Source of the DNA: Octopus vulgaris
Taxonomy: Eukaryota
Reading direction: 5' to 3'
NCBI GenBank assembly: GCA_951406725.2
Contig: OX597815.1
Location: 107,508,001-107,572,000 of the forward strand
Length of the DNA stretch: 64,000 nt
Shown piece by piece: positions 40,206 to 52,728 of the stretch; position 1 is the stretch's first letter; every line of letters starts with the position of its first letter. Below the pieces are notes generated by a model. The model ran no database searches, was not told where the DNA came from, and saw only the letters and a list, made by a program, of their open reading frames with translations. Position numbers and translations under genes: made by a program.

Positions 40206-40786
40206 TCATATATAGGCACAGGCATGGCTGTGTAGTAAATAGCTTATGCATGCATTGGTTAGTTGCTTCCAAATTTGAATACTGTCAAGATGTGCTTTGT
40301 AGCTGTCCTGAATTGAAGAAATATTGAAGGCGTGACTGTAAGGTAGGCACCTGTTTTTTGGGGGGATTCAGTAGGGTTTTGTTGTTTGATATTGTTTTTC
40401 TTTTCCAAATAAGAAATCCTTACTGGGTCCCAGACATTTGTCTGCCTGCAGTCATGCTAAGTGACTCACTTAGCTGTGAGAATAGTTTGGTGGGCATGTC
40501 TCACCACCAAAATTTGTGAAAATTTTGAAAACTCAATCAATTTATGGAGGATTTTTTTAAGTGTTCCTGCTGCTACTGTGACCTGGAGTATCTGTGTGGA
40601 GTACCATTTTTTTGGAATACCTGTGGGCCAGGATTACTGAGTGGCCAGAATTGTGTTGCTGTGACTTGAACTGTCTTCCTTCATTCTTTTTCTCTGCTAT
40701 GTTTTTCTGTTCTTTTTTGTGTTTTTGACTTTATTTGGAGTTTTTGTTTGAACATATTTTGGACTTTCCTTTCTTTTCTGCAAGCA

Positions 40787-41163
40787 TGGCAAAGAAGATA
40801 AACATTGCATTGGATTGGGAGATTGTACCTCCCAAGCAGTGGGTAAAAGACTTCAATGAGAGAACAGTGGTGTTGAGGATGTATTCCAAGTCTCTCGACA
40901 CCATCACTGTGTTCTCTCAAATTGAGATTGAAAAGGAGTTGGCAGAATATCTGCCAACTATTAAGTTTATTGCAAGGGGTATCAAGTATGTGATGGTGTG
41001 GTTGCTATTTGACACCCCTGAGGAGGCTCACAATTTTGCAAGCCAGCCCTTGGAAGGGCAAAGGATTCTATTTCTTCCCACATATTGTGGGAAGGAATTA
41101 ACAAGAGCTTGGGTCTGTGGGCTGCCACCTGGGATAGAACCCAAGTGGATAGAAGACACTTGA
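40787..41163 (+). pseudogene. Probable Tx1/L1-type ORF1 N-terminal fragment
   Basis: High-complexity ORF MAKKINIALDW...LFDTPEEAHNFASQPL...LPTYCGKELTRAWVCGLPPGIE, an RRM-like V.V.GLPP pattern seen in LINE ORF1 proteins. No splice signals evident. Confidence 0.55.
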
Positions 41164-42408
41164 TGATGCTAGGTCGGGGCTCTTCAGCATGAAGCAGAAT
41201 GTGTCTTCAGGGAAGGAGTTCATCACCTTGCACAGATTTGTTTCCCACACGACCTCTGCAGCTACCTGTGGAGGTCAATCAGGGTTCTCAGTACAGGTTA
41301 GAATCCCTCCCCTCCAATCTTCTTCGTTAAACCTTCTAACAAATTCTTGAATTGCCCCTCCTTTGTGGAATAGGATTACAAATTCCTCTTCCACAAAGGT
41401 TGGCCACAGTTTCCACTGTTGGTGGCACAATTCCCACCAACGGGGTTTTGGGACATACTGGCAGTGTACTAGCAACTACTGGCAATGCCCTGTTTTTCTT
41501 TTGCTTTCTTTTCTCCTTTACGACAGGAGGGTAGAGTTCTTCCGTTTTGTGCAAAAAATTTTCCTTCCCTCCCCCTGTTTGAGTGTTGGTAGGTGTGGTT
41601 GATTGTTGGTGGTGGCAAGGGGGTTGAGTGGAATAGCTAGTGAAAGGATTGGCATGTTCCTGTGATACATTTGTTTCCGGTTCCCCTGACTGTATTATGT
41701 TAATTATGGGGTGGTTTATCATGTAATATTCATACACGGTAAATATATAAAGTAATAAATACATCCTAAGAACTCTCTAATATTCATTAGAATTACCTTC
41801 CTTACATTGGAATTATCAATGTAGCCATGTTTAATTTTCTCAGGGAGGGAACCAAAAATAGATAAGCTAACATTCGTTTTGTTCATTATTTCTATTTTTA
41901 TTTCGTATTTTTTATTCATATTTTTTATTCATATTTTTTATCCTCTTAAATTTTTATTTCTTAAATTTTTAAGGTTCATTCATTATTTTTATTTTTATTC
42001 ATTAATTTGTAAATAAAATTACGTTAATGAATTTTAGTCAAATAATTTCAATCATCATAGATAGAGTAATAAATGTGTAGAATTCAGATCTGAAGATTGG
42101 GAATACATCGATCTAATTGAGTATTGAAACTAGAGACCTTATATCTCAAAAATACCGACATACTTTCATGAAACGTGTGTTGTCTCTAAAATGGAAAGTA
42201 TGGGATTCTGAATTGATATAGTAAGTATCATATTTAATATTTTATGGCTTGGTCGGGTATAATATCTTTCAATGTTGATTGAGTTGAGGGTGGTTCTGTC
42301 TCTAAAAACACTTTTATATATATGAATAAAATATCGAGAGAAGTTCACTTTAGTAACTTTAATTTGAGCGTCTCATTCCTGTGGACTCAGAATTAATCTT
42401 CGCTAATA

Positions 42409-42473
<65 letters not shown>

Positions 42474-42764
42474 CGTGTGTGTGTTTGTGTAGATAGATAC
42501 ATATTATCATCATCATCGTCATCATCATCATCATTTAGTGCCTGCTTTCCATGTTGACATGGGTTAGACAGTTTAAATGAAACTTGTAAGCTCGAGAACT
42601 GCACCAAATTCCAGTCTGATTTGGCAGGCATGGTTTCTATAGCTGGATGCCCTTCCTAACACCATACTCACTCACACACACACACATACACATGTGTGTG
42701 TGTGTACGTGTGTATGTGTGTACGTGTGTATGTGTGCGTGCCTGTGTATGTGTGTGTGTATATG

Positions 42765-42807
<43 letters not shown>

Positions 42808-42842
42808 ATATATATATCCATATTGTGTGTGTGTATCTATCT

Positions 42843-42889
<47 letters not shown>

Positions 42890-43079
42890 GTTTATCTTAT
42901 ATGTATGTATAGGTGCCCAGGAGAAACTGAACTCATCACTGCAAGCTATAGAACCGCAAGTTAATTATACTGTGTGTATGTCTTTCTTGAAGATATAAAT
43001 ATTGATATAGAAACTGCTTTGCAATATTTCCTGTTTTTGATGACAGTTTCTTCCTAAATCATCATATCTTTCCTCTCCT

Positions 43080-43523
43080 TCACAATGAAGAAATATCTTA
43101 TAAGACTTGTCAGGTTGCCTCATGATTCCAGTGAGCAAAATGGAAGAGGCATTGCTCTGGAGATGTGCTGTACCAGCCACTCTGACTCATGGGGCTTGCA
43201 CTTGCAGATAGCCATCTCCACTTTGATAGTGGTTAGCCGGGATGTGTTTCGGGGGACAGAGAATCCTGGAGGTCTTCCCTGCCACATGCTTGACCATAAA
43301 CCTGTCACAATTTTCCCTTCTTGGCCTAATGAGCAATGGAGCCTGGGCTGGTAGCTGAACACTAAGTTGTCATGGGAGAAGGTGTCACAATATGTAAAAT
43401 CCAAGATGAGGGACCTCCCATTATGAAACAAGAAAATTGTCAAACTATCAGCCCTTTTACCATCCCCAGCTGGCTTGAGCTGGAAAGGGAAGCCTGCAGA
43501 ATTTAGGCTATGCTTTAGAGCCA
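43080..43523 (-). mobile_element. CRE-like non-LTR retrotransposon endonuclease fragment
   Basis: LKHSLNSAGFPFQLKPAGDGKRADSLTIFLFHNGRSLILDFTYCDT...WLVQHIS...SNASSIL matches DGKRPDG.T..PW..GR.L.WD.TC.DT...QRGNA.SIL. Confidence 0.78.
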
Positions 43524-43712
43524 CTTCATCAAAAAGATTGAATACTGCAAAGCAGTTTCTATGTCAATATACAGTGTTAATTTTAATGTACTATTGCTGC
43601 TTGCAATGATGAATTGTTCTTAGCTTGACATATTATTTTAAGTTAGACAGACATTTGTTTTCGACATTTAAGTAGTTTGATTAAGGCTATAACCTATTAT
43701 CAATGATAGGCT

Positions 43713-44180
43713 GAAGGCAAAGTGTTAGCAGATTTGTTAGCATGCCAGGCAAAATGCTTAATGGCATTTTGTCCATCCTTACATTCAGAGTTCAAATTCC
43801 ACCAAGGTTGGCTTTGCTTTTCATCCTTTCGGAGTTGATAAAATAAGTACCAATTTCTTTATTACCCACAAGGGGCTAAACATAGAGGGGACAAACAAGG
43901 ACAGACATAGGTATTAAGTCGATTACATCGATCCCAGTGTGGAACTGGTACTTAATTTATCGACCCTGAAAGGATGAAAGGCAAAGTCAACCTCGGCGGA
44001 ATATGAACTCACAACGTAATGACAGACGAAATACCGCTAAGTATTTCGCCCGGTGTGCTAACGCTTCTGCCAGCTCGCTGCCTTAAAAAATAAAATAAGT
44101 ACCAGTTAAACACTGGGGATGATGTAATCAACTTACCCACTCTCCAAAACTGCTGGTCTTGTGCCAAAATTTGAAATCAT
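43713..44180. mobile_element. SINE B (+) with a second SINE B (-) nested inside
   Basis: Inner copy ~43853-44089 is flanked by the 15-bp TSD ATAAAATAAGTACCA (43838-43852 and 44090-44104). Confidence 0.88.
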
Positions 44181-45829
44181 TATAAAAAAAAAAGCTAGAT
44201 ATAAGCAAGAGAACTTTCACCTTGTCCAGTAGCGCATCCATTTGTCACAACCATGACCACCACAGATGTATAAAAATATAGGCATATAAATGACTTCTAT
44301 GAGCTTTTCTGAAAAGCAAGTTGTTTTCCTCACTGAATAATGTAAAGCAGTTCCAGGATATTATATTGGTAACAACTTATGAGTAGAATATAAATTTCTG
44401 GTTGAGAATATCACCTGGAGACAAATATTGCTCTTTTTATAAGAATTTTATTTCTGTACTCATAATTGGTATGCATATTGCATGTGAAAAAGAACAAGTG
44501 CGTAACCAACTTAAATTATAGCTTTTACAGGATAATATTTTACAAGAGGCCATTTTGTACTCTTAAAATTTAAAGATGTGGCATTAATAGGTTTATTTTA
44601 GGATAGATTTCCATTACTGTAGCATTTAAAAAATGATAATGCATTGAAATCTATTGCAACAATGGAAGTCACAGCACGAACATTCATACTATGAAATTTT
44701 CTGTTAATCCTACAAACACTTTTCAATATTAATATTTTTTTCTAGTCTTTATCATCATCATTGTCATCATCATCATTTAACGTCCATTAAATGATGATGA
44801 TGGGTTGGACAAACATCATCGTCGTTGATGGGTTGGACAAACAGCAATTGCATATTATGAAATCTCTCTAGCTAACCAAAGCCTTGTGAGTGGACTTGAT
44901 AAACAGAAAGTGAAAGAAGCCTGTCACACACACACACACATATATATATAAGTTAAATTAAAAATTAAGATTTTGAAAGGAGACATTAAAATGCAGTAAC
45001 CAAGCCTTGTTTTGGGTAAGTCCCAGGTAGTGTGCCTGCAGAGCATGTTTACCACTTATGGCTACCAGGCATCTTCCGTGTTACTGCGCTTTTGTTGCTG
45101 GATCTATGTAAGGAATTCCTAGGTGCATGTTGGGTATATTTTAAATTATTGATACAGAAGACAGCGTGTAACTAGAAGCTTTAATTAGTACAACAATCGT
45201 TTTAGCTTCCTTCTGCACTGCTCACCAGTGGGTGTGGAATGATGTAATGATACCAGATGTGTTGCACAGTATAATATCAGATGCATTGCACAGTGTAAAG
45301 ACAGTGTAATGATGCATTGCTCTCTGCATTGTGCGATGCATCTGATATCATACATGTATAAGTGTGTGTGTGTGTATATATATATATCTGTGTTTGTGTG
45401 TGTGTCTTTGTGTCTATGTTTGTCTCCTACCAGCACTTGATAACCGGTGTTGGTGTGTTTACATCCCTGTAACTTGGTAGTTCAGCAAAAAAAGACTGAT
45501 AGGATTAGTACCAGGCTTAAAAACAGTAAGTACTAGGGTTGACTTTTTTCAACAAAAACAAAAAAAAAATCCTTCAAGGCATTGCTCTAGCATGGCCACT
45601 GGCAAATGACTGAAACAAGTAAACAACGATAAAAGATGTAAGAACAGGCTGTGTGGTGAAATAGTTTGCTTCATAATCACATGATTTGGAGTTCAGTTCC
45701 ACTATAGGGCGCTTTTGGCAAGTGCCTCCTTGGGATGACTGTTTCTTCATTAGTGAAATTTGATTGCGATAGAAACTATACAGAAGCCCGTCATGTGTTG
45801 TCAAATGTCGTCGTTATTACTATTTTTGT

Positions 45830-46365
45830 CAGTATCTTTAGGAGATAAAACAATGAACAAAATTTTAGGCTCACACAAAATTATCAAGAGCAAAATGCAA
45901 CCCAAATCATTGAAAAAAATATTAACCAGCACAAGAGTATATCCATTAACAACAGAACCAAAAGAGAAAAAATGTAGTTGACCTAATTGTGGTACATACC
46001 TCCACCTTTTGGAGGGTTCAGAATTCCACTTTAAACAACGTGAAATATTTAAGATCAAATCAAATTTCACCTGTGTCTCGGAAAATCTTATCTATGCCAT
46101 TACATGCTTAGGGTGTGGTCATAATTATATTGGCCAAACAGGAATATCACTCCATCGAAGTACCACTCTCCACAAAGAACAAATACACCACCCACAATAC
46201 AGACAGATACAGGCTAGTGAACATATAGAAAGGTGTGCTAGGAATCTTAATCCTAATATCTTAATTTTCCCCCTCTATCAATGTTCACAGAACACCTTAG
46301 TACAACAAAGAATGAATATAGAGGTAAAACTTTCATCAATAAATATCTTCCACAACTCAATATGA
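45830..46365 (+). mobile_element. Penelope-like element, GIY-YIG endonuclease fragment
   Basis: FKIKSNFTCVSENLIYAITCLGCGHNYIGQTGISLHRS..LH...SEHIERC, preceded by a C...C..C knuckle remnant. Confidence 0.88.
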
Positions 46366-47551
46366 ACACATAACATAATACAGAACACTACTAACTGTTC
46401 AATTAATACCACTAACCTCCATACACCATTCACATTACAGATCTATATCTACCCTAATTGCACCAATTCCAGAACTACTTACCTCCCTTACACATAATCA
46501 TTTTACTTAGGGACTAGTAGACATGACACCGTTCATTAATTGATGCGCATTCAAAGCAATGATTAGTTAATATATATATATTTATATATATATATGCATC
46601 AGAATAATTGTGTACAGGCCATAAAATAAAACTGAAATTAAATAAATGATAAAAGAATAGGAAATTATGCAATGAACTTCATTAGGTTACAGCTGATTCT
46701 GCTATAAGATGCAGTGTGCTCCAAGACGAGTGCTTGTGCATCACCTTATAATTTCCTCAGAGCAGGCAGAACAGCTGATATTCCAGTAGCACAGTAATAT
46801 GCAAAGTATTACCACAAATAAATACCAAATGAATTTGTAACCACCACTATTTTGTGGAGACCATTTCTGCTGGTGCTTCTGTTATATGTGTCCCTTTGAT
46901 TTGAGAAATGATGGAAAAACTGGATAATTGTATGGAATATTAATTGTAACAATAACATTAACAGCAATTATAACTGTAGTAAAGGGAAGATTAAAATGAT
47001 GTAAAAACAACGATAATGATATTAACAACAGCTACAATGACAGCAATACGACTACCAGAAATGAGGACAACATAATTTGTTATAATAGTTGTACTAATAT
47101 CACTAATGCCAAAAATAAGGAAGAGAAACAGTTTGATAGTAGTAAGAGCTCTCTCCTTTAGCTCATAAAATTGTGGCTGGAGATGAATTAAGTTTTGTTG
47201 TCCAAAATGTTGGAAGAAGATAAACATGGAAAGAAAAGAGAAGTCTTGATGTCAAACTGTCAAAGAAAATTGGAAAATTCACAATGAACAGTGTCCTTAT
47301 CTTTTATCTATTATTTGTTTCAGTAATTAGAGTGTGGCAATGCTGGGGCACTGCCTTGAAGAATTTTTACTTGAATGAATCAACTCCAGTACATATGTTT
47401 TTATTTTCTAAAGATTGGCACTTATTCTATCAGTCTCTTTTGCTGAACTGAACAGTTACAGGGATGCAAGCACACCAACACCAGTTGTCAAGCAGAGTTG
47501 GAGGGACAAACACAGACACAAAGACACACATACATAGATATATATATATAC

Positions 47552-47634
<83 letters not shown>

Positions 47635-47654
47635 CATATACATATATATATACA

Positions 47655-47988
47655 TATACTCGTTATCGAGTATGGCCATTGCACAAAGCTTAATCAATGT
47701 TGTTATCATGCAATGCCTGTGCAAGAAGATTTTTTTAAGCGAGGAAAGGCTGTGCACTGAGTCAATCCCACTCACTAAGCAACAGCAGCCATAATTCGAA
47801 AAGAAGAACAAGTCAACATCATCGGTAACCACTGAGCAGCAGGTTTTATGTTGGAGTTATCCCAGTTACTTGAGTTACCTTCTCCTAGAAGGATGCCCTA
47901 ACAAAGGCTAAGAGTCCTTCACTCTCAATGGTTTAACCGCGCAATCGGGTATTCAGTCCGATTATTTCTATGTCCCCACGCATGATAC
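47655..47988 (-). mobile_element. RTE 5'UTR-like segment in inverted orientation
   Basis: Minus strand has GCCTTTGTTAGGGCATCCTTCTAGGAGAAGGTAACTC, resembling RTE 5'UTR motifs, and ends in the hairpin ATACTCG-ATAA-CGAGTAT. Confidence 0.5.
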
Positions 47989-50860
47989 AGCGCGTATGCT
48001 CCCACCCTTGACTCGGAGGATTTAGTCACGGAAGAGTTTTACAGCCAGCTTGATAGCATTCTCTCTACCGTCTCAAAGGACGACAAGATCATTCTCCTGG
48101 GAGATTTCAACGCCAGAGTTGGGAGAGATCGTGAACTCTGGACAGGAACCATCGGAAAGGAAGGAGTGGGAAAAGTCAATGCCAATGGAACTCTGCTACT
48201 CACCAAATGTGCTGAACATAACCTGGTGATAACCAACACCCTTTTTTGCCAGAAGAATCGATATAAGGTCTCATGGCAGCATCCAAGATCTAAAAAATGG
48301 CATCTCATCAACTATATCATCGTGAGATCCCAAGACCAGTAAGATGTGTTGCTCACCAGAGCCGCCACTGGAGCAGATGAGTGCTGGACAGATCATCGCC
48401 TCATCGCCTCCACCATGAAAATCAAACTCTGACCAAAAGTGAAATATCACAGCAAGGAAAGCAGAGTAAAGAAATTCAACATTGAAGCACTGCAAGACCC
48501 AAAAACTCGTGTCGCTTTCCAGCAGCGCCTACAGGTCAATCTTCAAAATAAGACTCCAAATCATCTCGTCGAAGAAAATTGGAACCAGCTGAAAGAAACC
48601 ATCATCACCGCTTGCGAAGAAACCATCGGTCGCAAGAAAAGGAAACACCAGGACTGGTTCGACGACAATGATGAAGCTCTCAAAGAACTGATCGACCAAA
48701 AACGGAAAGCTTTCATCAGCTCACAGAATGATCCAAAGTCTGTCACTAAACGAGTCTTTCAAAAAGTGCAAAGCCGCAGTTCAAAGGACAATCCGTACCC
48801 TGAAGAACCAGTGAAATCCAGCAGCTTGCAGATGTAAACGACACCAGAGGGTTCTTCAAAGCCACGAAAGAAATATACGGACCTTCCACACATGGACAGA
48901 CTCCTCTGAAGAGTAAAGACGGAGCGACCATCCTGAAAAGCAACACCGAAATAGGAGACAGATGGAGAGAACACTTCGATGACCTCCTCAATTACAAGGC
49001 TACCATCGACAAAAGCATACTTGACATGATTCCTAAAGAGGCCAAATATTACTCTCTCGCTCGAATTCCATCCCTCGAAGAGGTCAAAATTGCTATCACA
49101 GCAATGAAGAACAACAAAGCCACGGGTCCTGACAGAATCCCAGCTGAGATCTACAAACTGAGAGGTGATTTTGTCCAACACCAGCTCCACCAAATCTTGG
49201 TCAAAATCTGGACAAATGAAGTTGTACCATCCGACTTCAGGGATGCTAACATCATTAACCATTTACAAACGAAAGGGCGATCGTTCTGAGTGTGGAAATT
49301 ACCGGGGTATTTCCTTATTAGCAAATGCTGGGAAGATTCTTGCATGCATCCTGAACAACCGCCTCAAAACGCTGTCAGAGAGGATCCTTCCTGAGACGCA
49401 GACCGGCTTTAGGCCATCACGAAGCACAACCGACATGATCTTCACGCTGCAACAGCTACAAGAAAAATGTCGTGAGCAACACCAACCGCTCTATTTGGCC
49501 TTTATCGACCTATCCAAAGCCTTTGATCGTGTCTCGCGAGAGCTCCTTTGGGATATTCTCGCCCAGTATGGATGCCCAGATAAGTTCATCCGGATCTTCA
49601 AACTCCTCCACGACAATATGCACGCCAGAGTCCAGACCGACGGAGGCAGTTCTGAGCCCTTTAAAGTCACCTCCGGAGTGAAGCAAGGCTGCGTGATAGC
49701 ACCAACTCTCTTTACCATCTTTATCGCGACAGTGTTGCACATCATACGAGATGACCTTCCACCTGGCATCGAGATCTCGTATAGAATTGACGGCAAGCTT
49801 TTCAACCTCGTTCGCCTCAAAAGTACGTCAAAGACAATGGCGCGAAGCTTGCTAGAGTTCCAATATGCTGACGACAACAGTGTAGCAGCTTACAGAGAGG
49901 ATCACCTCCAACAGATCCTAAATGCTTTTCATCATGCATATACTAAACTTGGACTGAGCATCAACATCAAGAAGACTCACTTACTCTACCAACCTCCTCC
50001 CAATGCCCGTGTTGACAACCCGCCATCGATTCAACTCGAAGGAATTCCACTGGAAAATGTGAACCATTTCTGCTACCTTGGGAGCCATCTGTCATCAAAG
50101 GTAGACCTCAGTGATGAAATCCAACACCGTCTGAAGTGTGCAGGAACAGCTTTCGGCAAGCTTCGAACAAGAGTTTTTGCTGATCGGGACATCCAAACCG
50201 AAACCAAACTCATGGTGTACAGGGCAGTCATTATTCCAACCTTCCTTTACGCATCCGAAACCTGGACCCCGTATAATCACCACCTGAAAACGCTCGAGAA
50301 ATTTCACCAACGCTGTCTTCGGAAGATCCTTAACATCAGCTGGGAAGACAGAAGAACTAACGTCAGCGTGCTACAAGAAACAAAAATGAATAGCATCGAA
50401 GCCTATGTCATCAAAGGCCAACTAAGATGGAGCGGCCACGTGGTTAGAATGACTGACGAATGACTTCCCAAAAAGATCTTCTACTCCAAACTCAAAGACG
50501 GCAAGCGTACAAAAGGAGGCCAGAAGAAACGCTACAAGGACTTCCTGAAAACGAACCTCAAAAAGTGTGACATCGACTTCACTAACTGGGAGGAAACGGC
50601 AAAAAACAGACCACTCTGGAAAACCACCATCCATGAGGGAACGGCGACTTTCGAGTCGAAAAGGTCTGCAGAGCTGGAGGAGAAAAGACGACGATGGAAG
50701 GAGCGCCAACAACAACCATGTGCAACTCTCCCTTCCGGCACTAGATGTCTGCATTGCGACCGATCTTTTCAAGCAAGAATTGTTCTTATCGGTCACCTAC
50801 GGACTCACCAGTAAATTTGCACGAAGACCATCATCCTCGACCTTGAGGGACTGCCATCAT
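47989..50860 (+). mobile_element. RTE-clade LINE (family A), 5'-truncated: APE endonuclease, RT, C2H2 finger; pseudogenised
   Basis: SAYAPT, LLGDFNARVG, WTDHR (APE); NYRGISLL, FIDLSKAFD, GVKQGC, QYADD (RT); LRWSGHV; CLHCDRSF...GHLRTHQ* ending at 50814. A few stops and frameshifts. Confidence 0.97.
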
Positions 50861-51428
50861 ACCTGTGGAAGATGTGGATTCTGGATGACCTGGGATTAGG
50901 TGGTGAAGCACGACCTTTGAACGTTGGGCCTCACCGAGGCAATGTCAAGCAACTGAGACCTTTGGAGATATGCTATGCTTGAGAAGACCTGGGAAGCCAA
51001 GTGAGACCATAGCCATGGCCTATGCCAGTGTTGCATAAAAGGCCCATTTAAGAGTACCCTTCAATCATTGGGCAATAAACTGTACTCGAGAAGACCTGTT
51101 GAGTCAAGTGAAATCATTGTCATGGCTGATGCCAGTAACGCCTGACAGGCACCCATGCCAGTGGCATGTAGAAAACACATTTGAGTGTAGTTGATGTCAG
51201 TCCCACTGGACTGGCCCCCATGCCAGTGGCATGTAAAAAGCACCCACTACACTTTCAGAGTGGTTGGCATTAGGAAGGGCATCCAGCTATAGAAACCTTA
51301 CCAGATCAGAGTGCAGCCTGCAGCCTGGTGCAGCCTGGTGCAGCCCCCTGGCCTGCTAGTTCTCAGCCAAACCATCCAACCCATGTCAGTATGGAAAGCG
51401 GACATTAAACGATGACGATGATGATGAT
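50861..51428 (+). mobile_element. RTE family B 3' end abutting the family A LINE
   Basis: TCGRCGFWMTWD*VVKHDL*TLGLTEAM...DLWRYAMLEKT, then the family B UTR and (GAT)n. Confidence 0.88.
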
Positions 51429-51686
51429 GTTATATATATATATATATACTTTTACTTGATTTAGTTATTCAACTGAAGCCATGCTGGAACGCTGCCTTGA
51501 GGGGGTTTTAGTCAAAGAAATCAACTCCAGGACTTAATTTTTAAGCTTAGTACCTATTCTGTCAATCTCTTTTGCTGGACCACTAAGTTAGAGTGGTGTA
51601 AACACACCAACACCAGTTGTCAAGTAGTGATAGGGACAAATATAGACACAAAGACATACACACACACACATATAGATATATATAAA

Positions 51687-52583
51687 TACTAGCAGCATAG
51701 CCCGGCGTTGCCCGGGTATGTAAGAAACTTTGTCGATAAGCAATGCCCTTTGCCTTTTTACCCTTTTTTGTACTCATTGAACAGTTATTTTGTAAAATGA
51801 AGCCTAAAAGGCATTAAGGCATTGACGGCACCGTTCCCTTGCATGCATGAAGAAAATCTATGAGTCACAGTGCATTTTCTGGTTTTGTTTAGCACAGCCA
51901 ACCCAGATTAAGTCTAGATTTCCTCCTGTGGGTTGAATTATCGATAGCTGTTTGATAGTTATTTGGGGGAGTAAGAGAGTTAAAGAAGGTCGAGTTGCGT
52001 CCCCTAGACAATCTGTGGTTTGTGTTTAATACACAAATCGTTTTGCTATGTGTGCCACATATGATTTAATTACCGATTTTTTCCAGTAATAAAGTATCCT
52101 ATTGGAATAAAAAGGGCCATATAGCTCCTTGGAGCAGACATGATGCTCGCTGTGAATTAAAAAAAAATTCCTGCCAATTTGTTAAAGATATTGTCGAAAA
52201 TATGTCATCTTGAATTTGAACGCGATTTCCCAAAATGGCATGATTTTATCGATTTTTTTCTGATACTAATGTCAGAATTAAGTATCTTAGGGTAACATTA
52301 AGCTTTACCATGAGTTTGGTGAAAATCGATTGCAAGTTGCGAAAACTACAACAGAAAATGTGTTGCATATGATAAGCTTAGATTCTCGACCTCATGTCGA
52401 ATTTATCGATTTTTTCAGAACTGGGGGAACTTTTCAAAATTTTCGCTGCGTTAGTTTTGAATTATGACATTGGGCTATGTGTGTGTCAAGTTTCATCGGA
52501 ATCGGTTGAAAGCCGTGGTCAGGGTGAGGGTACAACCTGACAGACACACAGACTGACAAACTGCCTTTTATATAGAGAGAGAT
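51687..52583 (+). mobile_element. Helentron-associated non-autonomous element (HINE/DINE-1-like)
   Basis: Starts TACTAGC...CCCGGCGTTGCCCGGG (hairpin). Ends GTCAAGTTTCATCGGAATCGG...GACAGACACACAGAC...CTTTTATATAGAGAGAGAT. Confidence 0.75.
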
Positions 52584-52678
52584 GAGAAGGATGACCACTA
52601 TGTGGACAACCCTTATGTTAGAAGTAGATCCGCTATGGTCTTACCACTAAGAAAATATCCAATTTCTCACCCTCATTT

Positions 52679-52723
<45 letters not shown>

Positions 52724-52728
52724 TTATA

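Noticed and set aside
45195-45230. Minus-strand CTGGTGA...AAAACG hammerhead relic
   Set aside because: Both boxes are mutated and stem II is unconvincing.
49165-50463. 432-aa ORF as a functional gene
   Set aside because: It is an internal piece of a frameshifted, truncated RTE ORF, and its N-terminus is out of frame.
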